64,000 nt of DNA from Chitinophagales bacterium (GTDB lineage Bacteria > Bacteroidota > Bacteroidia > Chitinophagales > CAIODY01). Position 1 is the first letter of the stretch, and every line of letters starts with the position of its first letter. The notes under the pieces were generated by a model. That model had not been told where the DNA came from. It saw only the letters and a list, made by a program, of their open reading frames with translations, and searched no databases. The stretch lies in the NCBI GenBank assembly GCA_026461075.1, contig JAPJNH010000051.1:65816-129815 (forward strand). The letters are read 5' to 3'. The position numbers and the translations under genes are program-made. This document shows positions 37,348 through 45,900 of the stretch, in pieces.

Positions 37348-39897
37348 TTATTTAATTAGAGTAACATTACCTGTTTTAGTTTTTACTTGCCCACCTTTAT
37401 CTACGACTTGTGCTTTATAGATATAGACGCCAATATCTTGTATTTGCCCTTTGTAAGAGCCATCCCAACCTTTCGCACGTATATCTGTTGTAGCGTAAAC
37501 TAACTCTCCCCAACGGTTGTAGACTTCAAAATAATCAAGCGAAACAAAATTTCTATTGAGAAGGAAGAAGTAGTCATTTTTGCCATCACCGTTAGGTGAG
37601 AAGGCACTTGGAATCACTAATTCCGGACATTCAATTGGATTGACAAAAACAGAATCTTTAGAACGACAGCCAATTGCATTAGCCGTATTAACATATACCA
37701 TCACCGGCTGTGTCACTGCTGCAACGGCAGTGGAGCATGTAACGCAAGCAGCAATCGATCCTGCAGACGGATCCATCGTCCACCAAAACTGAGTGATGTC
37801 AGATGCAAGGGAATTGAATGCTATTATTTCTGCCTGGTTCATACACGGTTGAATTGTGTCAGGCAAATCTAATGAATAAGGCTCCCCTACTCTTACTACA
37901 ATATTTTCAGTTAATACGCACCCACTATAGGTAATTCCTGTAACGGTATACGTTGTTGTTTGCATGGCAGAGCACACAACTTGAGGTCCTGTTGAGGAGC
38001 TTAAATCATTAGACGGATTCCAGCTAAAGCTAAATCCTCCGCTCGGTGTTGGGCCATCCATAGATGCCATTAAGGTGCAAGAAGATCCTTTACAAATCAC
38101 TGTATCTAAGCTTGCGAAAAGATGGTTTCGGTCATCCACATTAACAAGGAAAGTCTGAGAGGACGAGCAACCGTTGTCATTAATTGTGAGACTATATGCA
38201 GTTGTCACGATTGGATTTACCGTAGGATTTGGAACGGATGCAGAGCTGATATGCGTGTTCGGTGTCCAAGTATAATTCGCAGATGCGGGAATTACATCTA
38301 GGCCAAGATTGGTAATACTTAGGAAGTCGTTTTCTCCGGCACAAATGGTATCATCCCCATTAATTTGGAAGTTAGGACGTACTCCTAAAACAGTAACTTT
38401 TACGGAGTCAGTTAAATTACATCCAGAAGGATCTGTTAAGATAATATGGTAAACCGTGGTAACTGATGGAGATGCTTTCGGATTTGGAATAGAGTCGTTG
38501 CTTAAGCCTGCAGACGGCACCCAATGATATTGATAAGGGCCAAAAGCGGCATTAGCTGTTGCCTGTAATTGTGTGCTATCGTATTTACAAATACTAACAT
38601 TTAGTCCTGCATCCAAATTAATGGGAGGTGGAGGTACAATCGTAATCGATAAACTTGTAGTATCCGAAACACAGGAGATATCGGACTCAACGATAAGTGC
38701 AACAGTATAGGTACCTGGGTTATAAAAGACGTGGGTAGGATTTTGAGAAGTCGCAATATTATTAGCACCAGAGGAAGGATCTCCAAAATCCCAATGCCAT
38801 TGGACGATAATAGAGCCAGGGATATGCGTTTGACTAGAATCGTAGAAATTGATTAATCCACCTGCACAGGCGGTGGTTTGGAATCCAAACATGGCAGTAG
38901 GACGAGGCTGTACATGAATGGTATCATACAAAGTATCAGCGCAAACAACCAATCCTGGAGGGATTACAACAAGGGAATAGATAATATTAGAATCTGGTGA
39001 TAAAATCAACAATGAATCTGCAGCGCCGCTAGCAATGTATGGCGCACCAGTCCCTGCGGTGTCCCAGATATAAGTATTGAAACCCGGAGGACCATAAAGG
39101 GTTGCAGAGGTTGACCCAGGGCAATAGCCGGTTACGACAGAGAATGCGCCGCAGTTTAAATCAACATAGGCATAGCCAAAATGCCCACCAAGTGAACAAT
39201 CCGCTGTAGCAAATTCAATCGTCACTAAATGTCCATTCAAAGTACCTAAGTTAACTGACACTGGAATCCAACGCGAACAAAAAACACTACTATTCGTTGT
39301 AGAGACGAACCAGCCTTGCGTTAAACTTGCAGAAGAGGAAGGCGTCTGAAATAGAATAGAAGAACAAGTTACTTTTACCGGAGTGGCATAAGGATTATTC
39401 ATTGGGCCATTATCCCAAACATTAAAAACCAAGAAGGGCTGATTGGTTATAGCATGCTGTGGATTCTCCATAACTGCCGCATAGCGATAAATTAAGGATG
39501 CATTAGAGCTGTTTACAGCAAAGGTGGTACGTACCATTTCAGCCTCACCGCCCGTATTATCGTTCCCGAGGCGTAATGACTTCGTTCCGTAACCAATATA
39601 AGGACAAACAACTGGTAAAAGACTATATGGATCAAGTGTTCCATTAAATGGAGGCGTATACGTCAAGCCAGCCCCATTGGGGGTAACGGTATGTCTGCCA
39701 GCAACCTGACCAGGCACTGTAATACTCGGAGTACCAGAGTTATTAGTTCCTGTGAAACATTGCCAACCTGTGGTATTACCTTGCTCGAAACCAATATTTG
39801 GTAGACATTGCGCGAACAAACTGCTGTGAATACCAAGACTGAAAAGCCCTAGTAAAAGCAGTTTGACGCTAAAAAGCTTTAAAAATTGTTGTTTCAT
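37348..39897 (-). CDS. T9SS type B cargo (849 aa from the preferred start): module A + PKD + Ig-like repeats + type B CTD
   Basis: Start placed at MKQQFLKLFSVKLLLLGLFSLGIHSSLFAQ (39897; the track gives 39969). WDFGDP PKD domain. C-terminus FSPNGDGKNDYF...VYNRWGELVY...GWDGSYKG...GNVTLIK. Confidence 0.85.
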   Translation of the reverse strand: MKQQFLKLFSVKLLLLGLFSLGIHSSLFAQCLPNIGFEQGNTTGWQCFTGTNNSGTPSITVPGQVAGRHTVTPNGAGLTYTPPFNGTLDPYSLLPVVCPYIGYGTKSLRLGNDNTGGEAEMVRTTFAVNSSNASLIYRYAAVMENPQHAITNQPFLVFNVWDNGPMNNPYATPVKVTCSSILFQTPSSSASLTQGWFVSTTNSSVFCSRWIPVSVNLGTLNGHLVTIEFATADCSLGGHFGYAYVDLNCGAFSVVTGYCPGSTSATLYGPPGFNTYIWDTAGTGAPYIASGAADSLLILSPDSNIIYSLVVIPPGLVVCADTLYDTIHVQPRPTAMFGFQTTACAGGLINFYDSSQTHIPGSIIVQWHWDFGDPSSGANNIATSQNPTHVFYNPGTYTVALIVESDISCVSDTTSLSITIVPPPPINLDAGLNVSICKYDSTQLQATANAAFGPYQYHWVPSAGLSNDSIPNPKASPSVTTVYHIILTDPSGCNLTDSVKVTVLGVRPNFQINGDDTICAGENDFLSITNLGLDVIPASANYTWTPNTHISSASVPNPTVNPIVTTAYSLTINDNGCSSSQTFLVNVDDRNHLFASLDTVICKGSSCTLMASMDGPTPSGGFSFSWNPSNDLSSSTGPQVVCSAMQTTTYTVTGITYSGCVLTENIVVRVGEPYSLDLPDTIQPCMNQAEIIAFNSLASDITQFWWTMDPSAGSIAACVTCSTAVAAVTQPVMVYVNTANAIGCRSKDSVFVNPIECPELVIPSAFSPNGDGKNDYFFLLNRNFVSLDYFEVYNRWGELVYATTDIRAKGWDGSYKGQIQDIGVYIYKAQVVDKGGQVKTKTGNVTLIK

Positions 39898-40027
39898 TAA
39901 GGAGTAGTTTTCAGTTTTAAATAAAACCACACTCGCGTTAAGGGGCGCAAGTATAGTTTTCCTTCGCAATATAGTGAAAACTTCCTATAAAAGCAACATT
40001 TGGCTTAAAATCAGATAGTACAAAAGA

Positions 40028-41002
40028 CTACCCTACTTCTTGCAATTTCATACAATTAAAATGGCCTTTCGGACAAGATTTGAAGCCAATTTTACTACAA
40101 GGTCTGCAAGACAAACCTAATACCTCAAAATTAACTGCATTCGCAGGAGCGGTATCTGGATAAAAAGGATACATGCCGAAGCCTGGAACGGTATTCCCCC
40201 AAAACACATCAATGTCTTTATTATACGCGGCAGCGATGTGCATCATACCTGTATCGTTGGTAAAAACTTTACTCGCAACTTTAATCAATTCTGCTGACTG
40301 ATTAATGGTCAATTTTCCTGTCCAGTTGATTACTTGCTCAGGAAAGGCTTGCTGTATTTCCTGTCCCATTTCCATATCCTCTTTCCCTCCAATAACATGA
40401 ATTGGCAAATCTAATTTTGCAGCTATTTGCTTCCATTTATCCATCGGTAAACGCTTGGTCGCAAATTGCCCCCCAATTGAAAAGACAACAAATGGGTTAT
40501 CATTATAATGTTTTAAAAACTCGTGCTGTAGCCAGTTTTGAGCTTCTAGATCCGTAAAATGATCCAAACCTAATCCATCATAGGCAAGTCCTAATTCCTG
40601 ACCAGTTTCGAGATAACGATCGACAATATGCGGGACCTTAATTTGCTTTTTCCACTTCACCATTCTCCATTTATCCCAATGCATTTTCTTAACCGAAGAA
40701 GATGGAACTCCAAGGTATACTTTCAAAAAAGCACTTCTCAAATTATTATGCAAATCAATTACATAATCGTAACGCTCCGACCGCAACTTAGAAGCTAATG
40801 CCAATAATCCGTTTTCTAATGGTATGATTTTATCTATGTATGGATTATGCTGTAAAACACTGCTTAGCTTTTTCTTAACCGTCAAATGAACTTCGGCATT
40901 CGGATATTTAGCTTTCAAACAGCGATAAACAGGGCTCGTGAGCACAAGATCTCCAATTGAGCTAAAACGAATTACTAAAATTTTCTTCGGAGGAGGAAGC
41001 AT
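40028..41002 (-). CDS. Glycosyltransferase family 9 (LPS heptosyltransferase-like)
   Basis: 324 aa. KILVIRFSSIGDLVLTSPVYRCLK N-terminus and NDTGMMHIAAA motif typical of GT9. Confidence 0.85.
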   Translation of the reverse strand: MLPPPKKILVIRFSSIGDLVLTSPVYRCLKAKYPNAEVHLTVKKKLSSVLQHNPYIDKIIPLENGLLALASKLRSERYDYVIDLHNNLRSAFLKVYLGVPSSSVKKMHWDKWRMVKWKKQIKVPHIVDRYLETGQELGLAYDGLGLDHFTDLEAQNWLQHEFLKHYNDNPFVVFSIGGQFATKRLPMDKWKQIAAKLDLPIHVIGGKEDMEMGQEIQQAFPEQVINWTGKLTINQSAELIKVASKVFTNDTGMMHIAAAYNKDIDVFWGNTVPGFGMYPFYPDTAPANAVNFEVLGLSCRPCSKIGFKSCPKGHFNCMKLQEVG

Positions 41003-41011
41003 AGCTAAAAT

Positions 41012-41046
41012 AGAAAAGCCGACCTTATTGATCGGCTTTTCAAAAA
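41012..41046 (-). terminator. Rho-independent terminator after the disordered-lipoprotein gene
   Basis: Stem AAAAGCCGA / TCGGCTTTT with a 9-nt loop. The minus strand continues TTTTCTATTTT. Confidence 0.6.
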
Positions 41047-41057
41047 AGTGTTAATCG

Positions 41058-41876
41058 TTATTTCTTTTGAATAATCTCATTGGCCGTTTTAGGCTTTTGA
41101 TCAACTTTTGTTGGAACTGTACCAATCTGACCGTTTGCAGAAGCATTGTTAGCATTACCTGTATTTGCAGCTTTTGCTGCTGGTTGACTATGGGCAGGAG
41201 TGTTTGGTAAAGACCTTTTCGGTCCGCGTGCAGGACCTGTTTGACGACCATCCGCGTATCCAGAAGCTGGAACGATATAGTCTTTACTGCCATCCAATTC
41301 AGACGCTTTTTTATAATGTCTTTCGTACTCGCTGTTAGAACCGTTATAATCATCTACATAATAAGCGTCATTATAGCCTTCTGCACGACGAATGATAGCA
41401 CGCTCTTCTTGATCATTCACACCATCGTAAATGGATCCAGAGCGACGACGAGTTGTTGTAGTTGCTGTAGCTGCTGTGGCGGTATTAGCTGAAGTTTTTG
41501 CCTTTGAAGACGTTGTTACTGTGTTCTTTGCAGGAGTAGCTGCAGGTTTTGGTTCTGCTTTAACAACTTTCTTTTCAGCTTTAGCAGGAGCAGGAGTAGT
41601 TTCGGCTGGTTTGGCAGACTCTTCAGCTATTTTTGTATCCGAAGAGGAAAGGGCGTCAGTGCCAGCATCCGTAGTGGTTGTCGTTGTCGAATCAGAAAGC
41701 AATTCTGCATCTGAAAAATCAGAAGAAGAGCCATCATCCGCGAACTCACCCTCCCCAACACTTGTTGAGTCGGCCACTACCTCTTCTTGTTTACCAAACT
41801 TCTTTTTAATGAATTTACAGCTCACGTTAGAGGCGGCAATACTAGCAATTAGAAGCAGGACGAATATTTTTTTCAT
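41058..41876 (-). CDS. Predicted lipoprotein, largely low-complexity/disordered, charge-segregated
   Basis: Start placed at MKKIFVLLLIASIAASNVSC (41876), a lipobox-like signal with Cys. An acidic S/D/T-rich segment is followed by a basic K/A/P/T-rich segment, then a Tyr-rich ~70-aa block. Confidence 0.65.
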   Translation of the reverse strand: MKKIFVLLLIASIAASNVSCKFIKKKFGKQEEVVADSTSVGEGEFADDGSSSDFSDAELLSDSTTTTTTDAGTDALSSSDTKIAEESAKPAETTPAPAKAEKKVVKAEPKPAATPAKNTVTTSSKAKTSANTATAATATTTTRRRSGSIYDGVNDQEERAIIRRAEGYNDAYYVDDYNGSNSEYERHYKKASELDGSKDYIVPASGYADGRQTGPARGPKRSLPNTPAHSQPAAKAANTGNANNASANGQIGTVPTKVDQKPKTANEIIQKK

Positions 41877-41894
41877 AAGACTGAAAGGGTTAAT

Positions 41895-41902
41895 CAAATT
41901 TA
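41895..41902 (-). promoter_or_regulatory. Bacteroidota-type -7 promoter box (TAnnTTTG)
   Basis: Minus-strand TAAATTTG, 19 nt upstream of the ATG at 41876. Confidence 0.35.
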
Positions 41903-41917
41903 ATATAATTCTTTAGA

Positions 41918-42928
41918 CTAGAACTTAGGGCAAAACATCTTTTTTCCACGACTATAAACCGTTGGTTTAGATTTAGGACATTTAATAACGTATTGCAAGG
42001 TTAATTCTGGTCCGCCTTTATAGTTAGAAAACACATGAAGTGGAGATACGTTTACGTCATAAGACAAGCCGACTGCAAGATTAAGGATATCATAACGGAA
42101 GTAGAAGTTCAAGGCGTCAGCACCTGGACGGGTAAAGCGCATTCCTGTACCGAAATAGACTGCAGTTTCATACGTAAGGTTATCGTCAATCAACACTTTA
42201 CCAAGGGCTGACACGTTCAATTCTCTGGCACCTTTCTGCGTACTGTACTGAATCATAGGGATAACAGTGAACATATCGGCGAACTGGATAAATGCCGTTC
42301 CATGATATTGAAACTTGGTACCAAGCAAATCTGTGTAGTGTGCAAAAGATTGATTCGGACGTGTTAAGTGTGTAAAGCTAAAACCGGTTTGATAAGATAG
42401 CCAATTATACGGTTGATGATAAAATAATACCCCCGTACCAAAATCAGTAAAACTTACATTATTAGTTAATGTCACCACTTCAAACGGATTCTCCAATTTT
42501 AAATTGGAGAGATTCACCTTACGTTGCCAAGATCCAAATTGCAAACCTGCTGCAATGGTCATTGGATGCTTTTTATCAAGAATATGGCAATAGCCTAAGC
42601 TCATTCCAAAAGCACTAGTGCCATATTGTGCGTCACCACCAATATCATTAAAGAAATTAACGCCAAGTCCAACAAAATTCCCTTTCAATTGACCTTGCAA
42701 AATTTTTGCATCCATTGCGCCAGACATCGTATTAAACCCATTACTTCCCATAATGGAAGACCATTGATTTCTATATCCAGCATTCACACGCATACAGCCA
42801 TTGAATTGCCCAACCAAAGCCGGGTTCAAGGTCTGAGGCGACATATAATATTGTGTAAAATGATAATCCTGCGCAAATGCATTCAGGCTAATCATACAAC
42901 AAAGTATTACTATAATTTTTTTCATCAT
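41918..42928 (-). CDS. PorP/SprF-family type IX secretion system outer-membrane protein
   Basis: 336 aa with signal peptide. Family hallmark AQDYHFTQYYMSPQTLNPALVG at the mature N-terminus. Beta-barrel pattern, C-terminal Phe. Starts only 10 nt after the upstream type-B cargo gene. Confidence 0.85.
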   Translation of the reverse strand: MMKKIIVILCCMISLNAFAQDYHFTQYYMSPQTLNPALVGQFNGCMRVNAGYRNQWSSIMGSNGFNTMSGAMDAKILQGQLKGNFVGLGVNFFNDIGGDAQYGTSAFGMSLGYCHILDKKHPMTIAAGLQFGSWQRKVNLSNLKLENPFEVVTLTNNVSFTDFGTGVLFYHQPYNWLSYQTGFSFTHLTRPNQSFAHYTDLLGTKFQYHGTAFIQFADMFTVIPMIQYSTQKGARELNVSALGKVLIDDNLTYETAVYFGTGMRFTRPGADALNFYFRYDILNLAVGLSYDVNVSPLHVFSNYKGGPELTLQYVIKCPKSKPTVYSRGKKMFCPKF

Positions 42929-42938
42929 TAACCTTTGT

Positions 42939-45900
42939 TTAGCGTATTAGAGTAAGGTTTCCATTAAGCACTTTATATTCTCCATCGCCCAAGTCCTGAT
43001 AATTGATAATATAAAGATAGACCCCTGAATTCTGTTCTTTACCTCTGTGATAGCCATCCCATCCTTGGGTATAATCTTCTGAGTGAAAAACCTCTTCACC
43101 CCAACGATTGAAAATACGCATACTAAACTGATTGATTGGTTGATTTGCTGTGATGCGGAAGACATCATTCAAACCATTAGCATCTGGCGTGAAGCCGTTT
43201 GGAACCGTTATCACCGCATTTTGATAAATCATGGTAATATAAACGGTATCAGGTCCTGGACAATTACTTTCATCCTTAACTGTGTAATAAATATTATTCA
43301 ATGCACTTGAAATAACGGTATTACCGGTATCCTGATTTAATGCTATGTTCGGCATCCATGTGATAGTGCCTGTACCAATTGCATTTAAGGTAATATCACT
43401 ACCTGCAACTAAAGTGCTGTTCGGTGTTAGAATACGCGGAGCTGGTAAAACCGTAATCGTTTTAATCATTGTATTGCTCTTTCCATATTTATTAGAATCT
43501 ACCAAGGTAATGGTAAAGGTTCCAGGATATTGGTAGCAAATATTTTTAGGGTTTATTTGCGTAGAGAACAAACTATCTGCACCAGTGAATGTCCAAAGGC
43601 TAGTAAACGGCGCTTCTGTACTTATATTGGTGATATCAATACAAGTTGATGCACAGGTTGTGGTAGGCATATAAAAATCTGCTGTTGGAGGCAAACAAGA
43701 CAATACTGTAATGTATTTCGTCATGCTATTTGATCCATATGCATTTTGTACCGTCAATTTGATACTATACGTACCTGGTGTTCCATACTGTACTGTAGGA
43801 CTAGATTGATTGGAGATACCAGGGCTAGCACCAGAAAGTGCCCAGTAGTAAATAAGTGGTCCATGTAGTGAAGAGTCCGTTAAGACAATTGGTGTGTTCA
43901 TACAAACTGTATCAGCAGGGATACCAAAATTGGCAACAGGCAAAGAACAGTCTGTAATCGTAATTTGATTGGTAACAGCTGAACTTGCGCCGCAAACGTT
44001 CCACGCAATCATCTGTATAGTGTAGGTCCCTGCAGTTGGGTAGATATGCGTTGGAGTTTGTAAAGTACTTGTATCGGTACCTGAACCAGCTTGACCGAAA
44101 GTCCACTGCCAAGCATTTGGTGAACCGGTAGTATTATCATAAAGTGTGATTGGCGTATTATTACAGTAAGGAGGATTCAAGCTAAATTGGGCAGTTGGGA
44201 TCGTTTTAACATTTATCGTTTTCGTAGCGACATTAGATCCACAAAGATTACTAGCGATTAATTGAATAATTTGATTCCCTGCCGCATTAAACTGGATTGC
44301 CCCTGGATTTTGAGTGGTAGAGGTCGCTGGTGAAGAATTGGCAAATGACCAGGCCCAGTTTGTAGGAGTATTAGAACTTCCGTCTGTGATATTGAGCGTA
44401 TTCCCTACGCAGACACTGTTTGCGCTAGCATTAATGGCCGCTAATGGAGCGCCAGGAAAGATTACAAGGGTCTTTGTAAAAACACCACTATTACCAAGGG
44501 TATTTCCTGCAACTAGCGAAATGGTAACGGTTGCAGCAGTGGTAAGAGAAGAGTTAAACGTGATAATGCCTGGGTTTTGCAAATTAGAACTAGGAATAGA
44601 CACGGTGATTCCTCCTGTATTGGTACTGTTAAAATTCCAGCTCCATGTAGTTGGCCCGTTAATAGAGAGGTCCGTAACCGTAATTGTCGAACCCGAACAA
44701 ATGGTATCATTCGGACTAAGACTGAATGAAGCAACAGGCGTTAAGCAGAACTGAGTCGTCACGTTGACGGCAGCTGAAGCTAAGCTAGTACAGCCTCCAA
44801 CCGTATTCGTAACGGTGTAATTACCTGTTTGAGGAGCATTTACACTCGGGATAACCGGGTTTTGTTGCGTTGATGTGAATGCATTAGGGCCGGTCCATGA
44901 CCAAGTTCCTGACGGAGAACCGTTAGGATTAGCTGTTAGGTTACACGACTGACCTGTACATACCGGAGCATTACTCGAGGCGATTGGCGTTTGCGGGATC
45001 GGGTTTACATCCACCAAAATACAAGTTGAGGCGCTATTACAACCTACTGTTTGATATTGATAAACGCAGTACTGACCAGAATCGACTTGCGTAACAGCCG
45101 CTGCCGCAATAGAGATTGAAGCACCCGTACCAATTAATCCAGAAGGGCCTGTCCATACCATGGTCATTCCTGCTAATCCTGTTGCGCTAATATTGATACC
45201 GCTTCCTAAACAAACGGGATTACTGGCTGCAGTTACGCCACTTGGTGCTGCAGGAGATGTTCCTACTTGCACAAATACCCAGGCTGTATCACATAATGTC
45301 GGGCTTCCATTATCACAAATTTGATATTGAAAGGAATCTTGTCCGCAATAGTTTGCAGTGGAAGTATAGGTAAGTCCGCCATTAGAACCAATACCAGTAA
45401 TGGTTCCATGCTGCGGTTGCGTAACAATTGTTGCGTTCAAAAAGATATTATCTGTCGGATCTGGGTCGTAGTCATTCACCATGACATTCGTAGTGGTAGC
45501 GGTTCCAGAAGCAGCATTTAGATTGTCGTTGGCAGCAACAGGCTGATTATTTAAAACAGTATAAAACAAATTAATTGAATCAACTGCAAAAGAAGGGTCA
45601 GTGCCTAAGGCGTCATTATCGTTGTCCCAAAGAAATCCTATTCTAAAGTTGGCCAAGTTGTTATAAAGGGATGGGAGAGCCATTGAGAAGCGGGTCCACT
45701 GCCCTTGCGGCGCGCAGGTTAAGGGTGTTTTAGCTAGTAAAACATTATTCCATGTGGTACCATCGAAGAGTTGTAAAGTAGCGTTATCATCAGAACCTTC
45801 CCCATTTAAGATATAGTTAAAGGAAATAACAATACTAGATTTACCCGCGCAGTTAATGATTGGAGATTGAGCGCGGTCGTGTGTTTCAGAGAATGAAGAT

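Noticed and set aside
25902-39897. The three paralogues as a recent tandem DNA duplication or recombination hot spot with long identical repeats.
   Set aside because: Comparing homologous segments by eye (e.g. the LIYRYAAV regions near 36470 and 39480) shows only moderate nucleotide identity with many substitutions. These are old, diverged paralogues, and I saw no long identical DNA repeats.
41051-41916. Alternative-frame ORF (41051-41353, minus) and a 161-aa antisense ORF (41431-41916, plus) over the disordered-lipoprotein gene.
   Set aside because: They are mirror images of a low-complexity A/T/S/K-rich coding region (poly-V/A antisense translation). The lipoprotein frame has a proper signal peptide, a -7 box and a terminator. 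The alternatives have none of these.
44314-44754. 146-aa plus-strand ORF and other small ORFs inside the 1100-aa cargo gene.
   Set aside because: They are antisense to a PKD-repeat-encoding region, with no start context, promoter box or recognisable motif.
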